From the NCBI GenBank assembly GCA_047947115.1, contig CP170459.1, forward strand, positions 4,928,001-4,992,000: 64,000 nt of DNA. The letters run 5' to 3'. The position numbers and the translations under genes were made by a program. Below are positions 31,773 to 41,932 of this stretch, one piece after another. The stretch comes from Verrucomicrobiota bacterium (lineage in GTDB: Bacteria > Verrucomicrobiota > Verrucomicrobiia > Limisphaerales > AAA164-E04). Each line of letters starts with the position of its first letter. The first letter of the stretch is position 1. Below the pieces are notes generated by a model, which had not been told where the DNA came from, searched no databases, and worked only from the letters and a program-made list of their open reading frames with translations.

Positions 31773-34700
31773 ATGAAAGACAGAATATCCATACGACAAC
31801 TCAACAGTCTGGTCGTGGCAACCGGTTTATTGACCGGCCTCCTTTTTGGGCAACAGGCCAGAGCGGCTTCGGCACCACCTGAGAATGTCCTGCCCAGCAA
31901 CGCAATCCTGCACGCTCAAATCAACAGTGTGCTGGATATTGTCTACCAGGTTGAATCCCTGGCTAAAAACGCCATCCCCGAGAAACTGGCTCCCCCTCCC
32001 GTCTCCGAAATGCTCCAACAGGAACACCCCTTGCTTGCCATGGCCGGCATGCAAATGCAGGGTGCGCCGCTGGATCCCCAAGCTTTTGGACAACAGGTCG
32101 GCCTGGACGTCGGGGCTCCAGTCACCGTTTCCGTTTACCCTGGAGACCCGATCAAATTCTTTATTCTGAGTCTCGGCATATCAAACGAGGAAGCGCTGAC
32201 TCAGTTCCTAACCTCTGACCAAGGTCCGCTCAGGGGAACCCCCATATCCATCGGGGGCCAAGACATGGTTCAGCTCCGTGTCGGCAACGGACCATTGAAA
32301 AGAGTGTTCGGACTTGTCCATGAAGACCGTATTTATTTGTCAGGCGAACCCTCCCTGCTGTTGCTTTTGAAAGATACCGGTGGATACACCCGATTGTTCG
32401 AAGACCCACACATGGCGGACGTCATGACCAAGGTGAATGATCTGGATGTCTTTGTTTCCGTTCATCCGGGCTTGGCAAAACCTCTGTTCAGTCAGATCAG
32501 CTTCTTCAAATACCTGCCCATCTCGATTCTCAGCCAGCAAAAGGAAGCGCTTCTCAAGCAGATTGGCGAAAATGAACGGCAAGTCATCGATGCCCAGATC
32601 CGTATGCAACTTCCGGTCAGTGGACTGGACGAACTACTGGATTATGCGGAATGTGTCGTATCGGCGGTTTATCAATCAGCAGTCGACAGTTTACTGAGCG
32701 GAGCGACTTCTTTTGAAGGCGTGACACTGGGGATTCGAGCCAAATCCGAGACACCTGGTCTGACCATGATGGTGCACCGGGGTGAGATGAACCAGGCCAA
32801 GGTCACCCGCCCCATTCCGAAGGATGAACTCCAAGACGCCCTCGCCCATTTTCCGGGAGATGTCAATCAATGGTCGGCCACCGGCCGTCACCCGGCAAAT
32901 CTGCCTTCGGTATGGATCAAGGGCGTCATGGACAAAATGCATCACTTAATGGAAGCAAAAGGTCTTCGAACCGAGTGGCTGGAAAAAATCCAGCAGATCC
33001 ACACCAACCAGGCCAGGCTCCAGCCCATGGAATCTCAATCCGACTGGACTCTGAATGTCGGGGCAAAGATCAAGGAACTGCCCGCTCCGGGACAATATGA
33101 TTCGTTGCAGGACTTTTTCATGGATTGGGTTGAACAGCAATACCAACCGGCCTACCGTCAAGTCACCGCCATCCCAAACCAAGGCCCTCACCTCCTTTCA
33201 GAACACCTTGTTCAGCAGAAACATGTGTTGAAACAAAACCATGAACAAATAAAAGAATTGCTTCAACCCATGCAACGACAAGGTGGATGGATTGAGCAAC
33301 TGTATCGAGTGGATGCCAACCGTCGCGGTCCGAACGTTTCCGAATTCACCTGGGAAAACATCTGGAAGACCAAAAGCGGATTGTTCGGTTTTAACGAACA
33401 CGAACTCATCCATCGCAAAATCTATCTCGCCCGAAAGGTGGACCCGTTTTTGGTGTATCATCAGGACAGTGGAGACCACGCTTGGTTGCAAGATTTCGAA
33501 TGGAAAACAGAAGGTCACCTTCCCGAAAGCACCCAAACCTTACTGAACATGGTTCCGGGAGGTTCTCATGACATTCAGTTCGTGAAACTTAATGGGGCCC
33601 TGGCGACTCTGGTACATGGTCTGGCGGATTTTGAATCCCTGGCGCATCGGGATATACAAAACTATCTGGACCAGGTCGCGGAACAATTGTCCAGCGTCGA
33701 CAAATCAGACCAAGATGCGGTGAAAACGGCCTTGTACAGGGTTCCATTCTCCCCCATGCTGGCAAGTGTCAACCAAAACCCTGAATCGGGAGATGTTTAT
33801 GGATTACTGCCTGGCAACATTGCCTTTCCTCGTCCCAAACTGGCTCCGATATTACAAGAATTGATCAAGGATTACGAAGCTCAGGCAAACGATGTCGGCG
33901 GTATCATCACCTATGCAAAGCACCACGATACCACCTGTGAATTCGGCATCATTCACCATACCGGAGGATTGACTTCACTCCTCAAAATTGTCGGCAACAC
34001 CCTGGCGAACCAGTATCTCAAAAACCCGGAAGGCATGCAGAGGTTGATGCAACGCGCCATGTCTCCGCTGGACATGTCTCCTGATAAAAACAACCAGATA
34101 CTGGCAAAAAACCCACGTTGGCTCTTTCTGGACAACATCCAGCGCGGCAGGCAGACGATGTCCACACAATCGGCGGGGCCCAAGGTGAAGGCATCGCCTC
34201 AACAATCCATCCCGGACCGTGATGCCACTACTCCGGAGGAATGTATTGACCTGGGCTCCTACTATAATGCAGCTCTGAATGACGCCTTTCACCTGGGCGG
34301 ACTGGACGGCAACAACCTGGCTGGCTTCCCGCGCGGAACGCAATCGTTTGAGGGAATTACCTTCGATGCCCGTGGCTTGATCCATCTGAGCGGCAAACAA
34401 GTTCGGGCCATCTCGAGCTTGGATTACCCTGCTGCAGTCACCGACATCCTTGTCGGAAAGAAAGCCTCGCAACTGCATTTTCTCCACGGAGCAGGATGGC
34501 AGGCCGACCAGGGGAAAACCATTGGTCAATGGATAATTTATTACAACGACGGCACGGAATCGGTCGTTCCGATTCGTTATGGTATTGAGGTATCTGATTG
34601 GTGGACATTACCCGATGCCGCACCATTGGAAGGTTCCGATATTGCATGGGAAGGCGACAACGATGCGAGTCGGAATTCAAACATGAAACTTCGTGTCTAT

Positions 34701-34811
34701 AAAACCACCTGGAACAATCCTCACCCTGAAAAAACCATCAGTGCCCTGGATTTCCGATCCACCATGACCGACAGTTCCCCATATCTGATCGCGATCACAA
34801 CGGAACCTTGA
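31773..34811 (+). CDS. Large secreted hypothetical protein with a C-terminal beta-sandwich domain
   Basis: Signal peptide (ARA-A), ~1010-aa ORF. C-terminal FDARGLIHL...LHFLHG...Y.DG....PIRYG...WW...W.NP.PEK.I...PYLIAIT. Confidence 0.75.
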   Translation: MKDRISIRQLNSLVVATGLLTGLLFGQQARAASAPPENVLPSNAILHAQINSVLDIVYQVESLAKNAIPEKLAPPPVSEMLQQEHPLLAMAGMQMQGAPLDPQAFGQQVGLDVGAPVTVSVYPGDPIKFFILSLGISNEEALTQFLTSDQGPLRGTPISIGGQDMVQLRVGNGPLKRVFGLVHEDRIYLSGEPSLLLLLKDTGGYTRLFEDPHMADVMTKVNDLDVFVSVHPGLAKPLFSQISFFKYLPISILSQQKEALLKQIGENERQVIDAQIRMQLPVSGLDELLDYAECVVSAVYQSAVDSLLSGATSFEGVTLGIRAKSETPGLTMMVHRGEMNQAKVTRPIPKDELQDALAHFPGDVNQWSATGRHPANLPSVWIKGVMDKMHHLMEAKGLRTEWLEKIQQIHTNQARLQPMESQSDWTLNVGAKIKELPAPGQYDSLQDFFMDWVEQQYQPAYRQVTAIPNQGPHLLSEHLVQQKHVLKQNHEQIKELLQPMQRQGGWIEQLYRVDANRRGPNVSEFTWENIWKTKSGLFGFNEHELIHRKIYLARKVDPFLVYHQDSGDHAWLQDFEWKTEGHLPESTQTLLNMVPGGSHDIQFVKLNGALATLVHGLADFESLAHRDIQNYLDQVAEQLSSVDKSDQDAVKTALYRVPFSPMLASVNQNPESGDVYGLLPGNIAFPRPKLAPILQELIKDYEAQANDVGGIITYAKHHDTTCEFGIIHHTGGLTSLLKIVGNTLANQYLKNPEGMQRLMQRAMSPLDMSPDKNNQILAKNPRWLFLDNIQRGRQTMSTQSAGPKVKASPQQSIPDRDATTPEECIDLGSYYNAALNDAFHLGGLDGNNLAGFPRGTQSFEGITFDARGLIHLSGKQVRAISSLDYPAAVTDILVGKKASQLHFLHGAGWQADQGKTIGQWIIYYNDGTESVVPIRYGIEVSDWWTLPDAAPLEGSDIAWEGDNDASRNSNMKLRVYKTTWNNPHPEKTISALDFRSTMTDSSPYLIAITTEP

Positions 34812-34929
34812 TTCCATCCCGCACAGACTCTCAGTATTGAGTTATCGGGCGGCGGATGTGATCAACCTCGTCTTATCGACAGAGTTGGTTGCAATCCGCC
34901 GCTTTCTTTCGTTAGACTGGAATCGAAGC

Positions 34930-35253
34930 ATGGATTTGACCATTGAACATTTCAGAAACGAAATCGAGACCGCACTGGCCGTGTACGACAAGTATGTGGT
35001 GTGTCTGGAAAAAACGCCTGATGAATGCAGAGAATCCCTCGAAAGCCTGACCAAAAGAGCCATCAACGTATTTGAAAACAGAGGCCCGAACCTTCGCCAT
35101 GGGATTGCACTGGACAAGCATGTCACCGTCATGCTGAGCCAGACCAACCGGGAAATCCCGCTTTGTGCCATCTACTTCAACCTCTGCTCCCCTTACCACA
35201 GAGAAAAAGAGAAAGCAGAAAAAAACAGTCCAGCCCCCCCAACGGACGACTAA
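34930..35253 (+). CDS. Hypothetical protein
   Basis: Protein-like ORF MDLTIEHFRNEIETALAVYDKYVVCLEK... fills the gap between neighbouring genes. Confidence 0.65.
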   Translation: MDLTIEHFRNEIETALAVYDKYVVCLEKTPDECRESLESLTKRAINVFENRGPNLRHGIALDKHVTVMLSQTNREIPLCAIYFNLCSPYHREKEKAEKNSPAPPTDD

Positions 35254-35316
35254 TAGCGTCCTTACCTACTGTGCCTTCCGCTGCTCATCAACTGAAACAA
35301 ACCGGACAGTCCATGC

Positions 35317-35976
35317 CTAGCGAGATGCTTCCCTGATATCGTCGCCCTTGTTCACGCTTTTACCATCTCGTAGCTGCTTCAATTTCTCCCAATAATTCAG
35401 CGCTGTTTTGACGGAATCAGGCAACATTTGCATGGCCGCATCGCGTTTAGTCAAATTCAAGCCGGACCAATCGATCGCCTTGGCTTCCTTTCCGCAAGCA
35501 GGACATACCGGAGGGGCATGTTGGGAATCGAGCCCTGAAGCAAGACACGCATGGCAGAACAAGTGAAAACAATGTTCACATTCGTAAACGGCACGTTGAT
35601 CCTGATGGTTCAGGCAACTGTAACTACCATCAGAAAGAGGAACGGATTCCAGATGCGGTGCCGGACTCGATGATTCGGGGGTATCTTCAGCCAAGACTTT
35701 GATCATGAATGTGCCCAGATGAATCATTTGCCCGGGAGCCACCACACACGTGTCCACCGGGGCCCCCTCCACAAACACTCCCGAAACCGTTCCGACATCT
35801 TGAATCCGCATCACGCCACCCGCGTCAACCGTCAACAAACAGTGTTCGCCGGAGACTGCAAGTTCATCGATAACAATATCATTGTCATCGTTACGCCCCA
35901 CTCGATAGCGTCCCGGCTTCAGATCAACAGACACCTTGCGGTCATCCCAGGTATGGTATTGCAATTTTAACATCAT
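35317..35976 (-). CDS. FHA domain protein with C-terminal Cys/His zinc finger (RING/B-box-like)
   Basis: VGRNDDNDIVI...VSGEHC..(FHA), then CLNH..CEHCFHLFCHAC..CPAC. Confidence 0.85.
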   Translation of the reverse strand: MMLKLQYHTWDDRKVSVDLKPGRYRVGRNDDNDIVIDELAVSGEHCLLTVDAGGVMRIQDVGTVSGVFVEGAPVDTCVVAPGQMIHLGTFMIKVLAEDTPESSSPAPHLESVPLSDGSYSCLNHQDQRAVYECEHCFHLFCHACLASGLDSQHAPPVCPACGKEAKAIDWSGLNLTKRDAAMQMLPDSVKTALNYWEKLKQLRDGKSVNKGDDIREASR

Positions 35977-36065
35977 CCAGAATTCCTTTGTAAACGAATG
36001 TCAGCCACAATGAAATATGAAAAAGATTGTGAGAAACAACATCATGCGATATGGATAGGTGGTTC

Positions 36066-36419
36066 ATGCAATATTTGATATTCAGCATCATAGGAGTCAT
36101 CAGCGGCATCACGAGCGGATTGTTCGGTGTCGGCGGCGGCATTATCATTGTGCCCGCTTTGACCTATTTTCTGGATATCCCGATCAAAACCGCCATTGGC
36201 ACCTCCCTGGCAGTCATTGTACCAACCGCCATCATGGGAGCCAGCAAGCACTATCATCAGGGCAATATCGATTGGAAGATCATGGCCGCCATTGCTCCGC
36301 TTGCCATCGCCGGAGGTTACCTTGGCGCTTGGATGACCCAACACCTGAAGCCTGGTCAAATCCAGAAGGGTTTTGCCGTGCTCATGGTCTACGTTGGCAT
36401 ACGATTATTTTTCAAATGA
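36066..36419 (+). CDS. Half-size TauE/SafE (TSUP) family membrane protein
   Basis: GVISGITSGLFGVGGGIIIVPAL, AIGTSL. About 4 TM helices. Confidence 0.85.
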   Translation: MQYLIFSIIGVISGITSGLFGVGGGIIIVPALTYFLDIPIKTAIGTSLAVIVPTAIMGASKHYHQGNIDWKIMAAIAPLAIAGGYLGAWMTQHLKPGQIQKGFAVLMVYVGIRLFFK

Positions 36420-37474
36420 AGATGCACGCCATTCAATTTCCGAAACTTTCTGCAACAACAGGATTTTTAGTATGGATCGCGTGCCTCATGGCATCGCATT
36501 GTCAAACAACCTTTGCCGGGAAAGTCACCTTGTTTCTCAAGGGAAATTCTGTGCTTGAGGGCGATTTGCTGGCCGAAAAACGCGACCAATTGGTCATGGA
36601 CATGGGTTACACGGTCATGTTGATCCCCAGGTCGCAAGTGGCACGCATCGACAAGGAAACCAACGAGCCTGCGCAGGGTTCAGCAAAGACGGATGAGCCC
36701 GGAAAACACTCGATTGAGCAGTCCGGCCTCTACTCCATCTCAAGAGACAAGCTGCCCGATCAATCGGTTCCTGAGTTGACGCGAACTTTGGGAGGCGCTG
36801 TGGTTCAAGTGCGGACCCCTTCCGGCCTTGGCTCCGGTTTCATCATCCATCCTGAAGGTTACCTTATCACCAACTACCATGTGATCGAAGGTGAAACAGA
36901 AATCATCATTGAGGTGTATCAGGAGGAAAAAGGAGCACTGAAGCGAGTCGCATTTGAAGACACACGCATTGTTGCTCTGGACAAATTTGCCGATCTGGCA
37001 CTACTGAAAATGGAAACCGACACCGAACCATCCTTCGAGTTCCCGACCGTTCTGCTGGGAGATATCCGGTCGGTGCATGTTGGCCAACCTGCTTTCGCCA
37101 TCGGCAGTCCTCTTGGTTTGGAACGAACGGTCACCGAAGGCATAGTCAGCACCAAGACGAGGGCATTTGAAGGTCGCCTTTTTCTGCAGACAACAACCCA
37201 GATCAATCCGGGAAACAGTGGAGGCCCCCTCTTCAACCATCGAGGTGAAGTGATCGGGGTCACCAACATGAAACTCAATTTCAGTGAAGGTCTCGGATTT
37301 GCGATTCCAGTGGACCGTTTAAGATATTTTTTGGACAACAGGGAGGCATTTGCCTATGACCAGCACAATCCGAGTAGCCCCTACCGGTACCTGCCCGCAC
37401 CCGGTATAGTCAACGTTCACCAGTCCGAAAAAAGCAAACAGCCTGAGGGTGGATCCCACAACAACAACAAATAA
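36416..37474 (+). CDS. Secreted trypsin-like (S1C/HtrA-type, PDZ-less) serine protease
   Basis: GSGFII...TNYHV, DLALLK, INPGNSGGPL. ATGA overlap with the TauE stop codon. Confidence 0.92.
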   Translation: MKMHAIQFPKLSATTGFLVWIACLMASHCQTTFAGKVTLFLKGNSVLEGDLLAEKRDQLVMDMGYTVMLIPRSQVARIDKETNEPAQGSAKTDEPGKHSIEQSGLYSISRDKLPDQSVPELTRTLGGAVVQVRTPSGLGSGFIIHPEGYLITNYHVIEGETEIIIEVYQEEKGALKRVAFEDTRIVALDKFADLALLKMETDTEPSFEFPTVLLGDIRSVHVGQPAFAIGSPLGLERTVTEGIVSTKTRAFEGRLFLQTTTQINPGNSGGPLFNHRGEVIGVTNMKLNFSEGLGFAIPVDRLRYFLDNREAFAYDQHNPSSPYRYLPAPGIVNVHQSEKSKQPEGGSHNNNK

Positions 37475-37492
37475 AATCAAACAAAGACTGAT

Positions 37493-39415
37493 ATGTTAAA
37501 AATGAAACAAAACGCCAAGGTCATGCTCCACCTGACGTGGGCACTATTCTTGGGCAATCAACAGTTCACCCTCCTTCAGGCGGAGACACCAGCACCGCAA
37601 CAACTGGTTCCTGAGAACGCATGGGCTGTCCTGACCATTCCCAGTTATGACGGAGCCAGGAAGGCATGGAATGAAACCTTGTACATGCAATTCTGGAACG
37701 ATCCTGCCATGTCCGAATTTCGCGAACATGCGGAAAAATCTTTCGACACCAAGGTCTCTCAAGAATTCGAAAACAAGACCGGTTTTTCGCTCAGTTCGCT
37801 GAGTCAACTCATCAAAGGTCAGGCCACACTGGCCCTGTTTCCATCTCAGCAAGAAAAGCAACAAGGCATGGATATACTTGCCATCATGGACTCGGGAGAC
37901 CAGGCTGCCAGAATTAAAGAACTGATCGAACTTGCCCGCAACAAATCGTCTGAAGCAGGTCACCCGCTCAAACCTTTAACCATTCAGAACCTGCCATTTT
38001 ACTCCGCGGAAATCGATGCCGACTTACCCCAATTCGGATCATCCAAGGGAACCGACACGAAAAGTAAAAAATTGACATTCACCTTTGGTCAGGTCGATTC
38101 CGTGCTCCTGGCAAGCAGCTCAACAGTTCATTTGGAACAAACCATCCAACGCATCCGGGGCGGAGGAGGAAAGGCCATCGCTTCGCAGGCCACTTTCAAT
38201 CAGTTCTATCAAAAGAAATTCCGAAACGCCGCGGCCTACGGGTTCATACAATTCCAGCCGATCTACGCTTTGATCAAACAGTTCATCTCTGAGAACGCCC
38301 CCAACCCGAGTTCATCCCAAGATCCTATCGCAGCACTGATGCCAAAGCCGGAGACAATTCTGAAAGCACTTGGGCTGGAAGGCATCCAGGGCCTCGGATT
38401 CTCATGGGCATCCGACAAGGAAGGTTCCATCTGGGATTTCGCGGTTCAAGTCCCCACCAGTCAACGCACGGGGTTGCTCGGTTTGGTTGAATTTGAAAGC
38501 AAAGACGCCTCCCCTCCCACATTTGTCACAGAGGACGTGTCCACCTTTCAGCGCATTCGCTTCGATGCACGTAAAAGCTGGCAGAAGCTGGAAGCCATGC
38601 TCGGACAAATTTCCCCTCAAATTGCCGGGGTGCTCCAGATGACGATGAATCTCATCGGAAAGGACCGCGACCCCAACTTTGATTTTCGCAGGAATTTCAT
38701 TGAAAACCTCGGTGATGATTTCATCGTGGCGCAATGGTCTCCGGCTACCACCGAGTTGACCGATGTGATGAACCCACCTGAGATCATCCTCATCGGAAGT
38801 CCAAACCCGGAACCTCTTGTCAAAGCCTTCATCGCTGCCAGCGGATTATTACCGGGAGGCAACAGTGTCCTGAAAGAAAGATCATTTCTGGGCCGGACCA
38901 TCTACTCCATCAACATCCCTACCGGTGCGCCGGCCCCCGGGGCGAATCCAAACGAAATGACCACCATGGGCATTCATTTTGTTGCCAGCGGCACGTATGT
39001 GGCCTTTTCGACTGACGAAGACATGATCGAATCCTATTTGAGATCAGGAAACAGATCCGGTCGCCCACTGAAAAACAACCCTGAATTCCAACAGGCCGCA
39101 CAGTCTGTCGGCGGATTCAACTCGGGCTATATCAATTACCAGAGTTTCGCCTCCGTGATTCAGCTTTATTATGAATCTTTCCGCACCAATCCCGACTCGG
39201 CTCTGAGCGGCATGCTGGGAGCTTTTATTGGAGAGGCCATACCGGAATCGACAGATTCCAAGGACGGCGGGAATGCGCTGGTCGACTTCAAAAAGCTCCC
39301 CCCTTATGATCAGGTTAAAAAATACTTTCACTTCAATGTCACTGGAAACAATAGTGATGAAACCATGTTAAACATGATTTCAGTATCCCCAATCCCTTCT
39401 CAGTTAAAACGTTAA
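37493..39415 (+). CDS. Secreted hypothetical protein (possibly DUF3352-like)
   Basis: 640-aa ORF with signal peptide, co-oriented with the protease. No catalytic motif recognised. Confidence 0.7.
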   Translation: MLKMKQNAKVMLHLTWALFLGNQQFTLLQAETPAPQQLVPENAWAVLTIPSYDGARKAWNETLYMQFWNDPAMSEFREHAEKSFDTKVSQEFENKTGFSLSSLSQLIKGQATLALFPSQQEKQQGMDILAIMDSGDQAARIKELIELARNKSSEAGHPLKPLTIQNLPFYSAEIDADLPQFGSSKGTDTKSKKLTFTFGQVDSVLLASSSTVHLEQTIQRIRGGGGKAIASQATFNQFYQKKFRNAAAYGFIQFQPIYALIKQFISENAPNPSSSQDPIAALMPKPETILKALGLEGIQGLGFSWASDKEGSIWDFAVQVPTSQRTGLLGLVEFESKDASPPTFVTEDVSTFQRIRFDARKSWQKLEAMLGQISPQIAGVLQMTMNLIGKDRDPNFDFRRNFIENLGDDFIVAQWSPATTELTDVMNPPEIILIGSPNPEPLVKAFIAASGLLPGGNSVLKERSFLGRTIYSINIPTGAPAPGANPNEMTTMGIHFVASGTYVAFSTDEDMIESYLRSGNRSGRPLKNNPEFQQAAQSVGGFNSGYINYQSFASVIQLYYESFRTNPDSALSGMLGAFIGEAIPESTDSKDGGNALVDFKKLPPYDQVKKYFHFNVTGNNSDETMLNMISVSPIPSQLKR

Positions 39416-39512
39416 TTCACATTGACCCGCAATGCGGGCAATGATATTCCAAGTTCATTACGGAAGCCTTCATTCTGAAGGTTTGCGTATGTATTTGTGT
39501 AGGTGAACGATC

Positions 39513-40583
39513 GTGAACTCTTCGTGCAATCAGGTTGAAACAGGATCTGGGTACAGGGCATTATGTCGCTGGATATCTCAACGTTCCCCTGAATCATCCT
39601 ATATATCCACCCCAGACGATGCCGCACCGGCGTCTCCACACCCTTACCCACCATTTCCTGGATCCATTGGCGTGTATTCTTCCGGATCCACCGGAAAACC
39701 AAAGTTGATCTGGAAGGATATAAACCGCTTGGAGAATGATTGCAGCCGACACACCAGCCATAAAGCATGCACGTGGGCCACTTGTTTTGCTCCGTCAAGC
39801 TTCGCCGGGGTGCAGGTGGCCGCCCAGGCGATGGTTTCCGGTGGAAACATTCTGCCTTTGGGGAAGAAGTGGACAAACAACCGTCAGTTGCTCTTTCAGT
39901 CCCAACCGGAAATACTGGCGGCAACACCGACATTTTTGCATTTGCTTCAGCAAGCATTGAACCATTCCCTGTCCGAACGATGGCAACCACGGCAAATCAC
40001 TCTGGGTGGGGAACCCATTCGCCCAACGACGGAACATATCCTCCAAAATCAATTTCCAACAAGCCGGGTCACCCTCATTTATGCTTCGGCGGAAATGGGA
40101 ATCATCGCAAAATCCCACCGTAAGGACGGATGGTATCCTATCCGATTTTTGAGACAAAGATTTGATGGATGGCGTCAGGAGAATGGTGAACTACAATTGC
40201 TCAGGAACAATGACTGGATAAAGACTGGCGATCATTGTGAAGTCAATGATGACCATTTCCGCATTGTGGGAAGGATGGATCGGGTGATCCATGTTGGAGG
40301 ATTCAAAGTGTGCCTGGACGACATTGAAACCATGGCGGAATCATTCTCCGAAGTCAGTCGAGCCCTTGCCTTCGCAAAAGAGAATCCGGTGACAGGTCAT
40401 GTCGTCGCTCTGGTCCTGGAATCTTCCAAACCGTTTCGGAATCAGGTCATGTTGGATAATATTTTGGAAAACTTGCGCAAACGCCTTCCCAAACCAGCAT
40501 GGCCACGCTGGACTGCCTGGGGAAAAGTCCGGGCATTGAAAAACGGAAAACGCATACTCCTCCCCGATTCTAACATCACATGA
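39513..40583 (+). CDS. Short AMP-binding (ANL family) acyl-activating enzyme
   Basis: YSSGSTGKPK P-loop, LGGE, YASAE, WIKTGD, GRMD..I.VGG.KV, terminal NGK. Confidence 0.8.
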   Translation: MNSSCNQVETGSGYRALCRWISQRSPESSYISTPDDAAPASPHPYPPFPGSIGVYSSGSTGKPKLIWKDINRLENDCSRHTSHKACTWATCFAPSSFAGVQVAAQAMVSGGNILPLGKKWTNNRQLLFQSQPEILAATPTFLHLLQQALNHSLSERWQPRQITLGGEPIRPTTEHILQNQFPTSRVTLIYASAEMGIIAKSHRKDGWYPIRFLRQRFDGWRQENGELQLLRNNDWIKTGDHCEVNDDHFRIVGRMDRVIHVGGFKVCLDDIETMAESFSEVSRALAFAKENPVTGHVVALVLESSKPFRNQVMLDNILENLRKRLPKPAWPRWTAWGKVRALKNGKRILLPDSNIT

Positions 40584-41320
40584 AATCATTGGACGGAAAA
40601 CGCATCCTTGTGACAGGAGGTTCCCGAGGTCTTGGACTCGACATCTGTGAGACGCTGCTGAAATCAAAAGCTTCGGTCATCACCACGGCAAGACAATCCA
40701 CAGCTGATGTGGAAGATCTGAATCAACGTTTTGAGAATCACTTTGAATTCTTTTCATGTGACTTTTCCGACAACAAACAACTTGGATCTTTTGTGGAAAA
40801 AGCCCGGTTGATGAACAAACCGGTCCATGGTCTGGTTGCCAACGCGGCTGTTGGGACGGAGGGGCTGCTCACCTTGCTGTCCCACGACCAAATCCATCGT
40901 TCGCTGCAGATAAACCTCCATGCAACCATACTGATCACACAGGCAGTGCTCAAAAGCATGCTGGCCCATCAACAATCGGGGAGTCTGGTGTTCATTTCAT
41001 CAGCATGCGCCCACCGGGGATTCAAGGGATTGAGTGTCTATGCGGCAGCCAAAGCGGGGCTGTGCGGATTTTCCAAGGCAGTTGCCCGGGAATACGGTCC
41101 CCGGGGCGTTCGCAGCAATGCAGTGCTGCCCGGGTTTTTACAAACCGAGATGACGCGGAACTTAAGTGGTTCCCAAACCGAATCCATCCGTAAAAGGACA
41201 TCTCTCAAACGTCTCGGCAAGCCCTGCGACGTTACCCAAACCGTGCTGCACCTTTTGTCGGATGAATCACATTACATCACCGGCTCCGAAATTGTGGTGG
41301 ATGGAGGTTTGACAAACTAA
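40580..41320 (+). CDS. FabG-like SDR oxidoreductase
   Basis: VTGGSRGLG, VANA, YAAAK, PGF.QTEM, VDGG. Confidence 0.92.
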   Translation: MKSLDGKRILVTGGSRGLGLDICETLLKSKASVITTARQSTADVEDLNQRFENHFEFFSCDFSDNKQLGSFVEKARLMNKPVHGLVANAAVGTEGLLTLLSHDQIHRSLQINLHATILITQAVLKSMLAHQQSGSLVFISSACAHRGFKGLSVYAAAKAGLCGFSKAVAREYGPRGVRSNAVLPGFLQTEMTRNLSGSQTESIRKRTSLKRLGKPCDVTQTVLHLLSDESHYITGSEIVVDGGLTN

Positions 41321-41333
41321 ATCAGGAAAGAAC

Positions 41334-41903
41334 ATGCAGAGGCTCCCAAAAACTTTCGGCCCGGGCAAACTCATCGATGCAGACATTCTGAACGACCTGT
41401 TCAAACTGGCTGGTCAACAAGTGCGCATCTTTGAAAACGCCCGCATCGACCAACCAAATAAGATTAGTATCGGAGATTTCTCACAGATCGACGAAGGCGT
41501 TCACTTGTTCGCCGGAGAAGGCATTCAAATCGGTCGCCATGTTCACTTCGCGTTTGGATCCTCGGTATCAGGGGGAGGATGGTGTGCAATCGGTGATTAT
41601 GTCAGCATTGGAGCAGCTGTCCGCATTGTCACCGGAACTGAAAATATTGAGTCCGGATTAACCAATCCAACGGTACCATCAGCATCACGCTCTCCGCTTC
41701 GCGCCTCGATCAACATTGGAGATCATGCAGTCGTATTTACCGGCGCCATCCTGTTTCCGGGAGTCCACATCGGAGAAGGCGCTGTTGTCTCTGCCGGATC
41801 TTTGGTGCACCATGATTTGAAACCCTGGACGATATACGGCGGTCATCCACTGGTCCCGATCAAGAAGAGGGAAATGAATAAAGTAGCAGGCCTCGCGACG
41901 TGA
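41334..41903 (+). CDS. Hexapeptide-repeat (LbH) acyltransferase
   Basis: Repeated IGD/IG.. hexapeptides, PGVHIGEGAVVSAGSLV, GG.P..PIKKR. Confidence 0.88.
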   Translation: MQRLPKTFGPGKLIDADILNDLFKLAGQQVRIFENARIDQPNKISIGDFSQIDEGVHLFAGEGIQIGRHVHFAFGSSVSGGGWCAIGDYVSIGAAVRIVTGTENIESGLTNPTVPSASRSPLRASINIGDHAVVFTGAILFPGVHIGEGAVVSAGSLVHHDLKPWTIYGGHPLVPIKKREMNKVAGLAT

Positions 41904-41932
41904 TTTCCTCGCTGGCCGCCCTTGACATAGAA

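Noticed and set aside
36059..36415. N-terminal extension of the 471-aa protease ORF
   Set aside because: It overlaps the TauE gene in another frame. ATG 36416 gives a signal peptide and an ATGA coupling.
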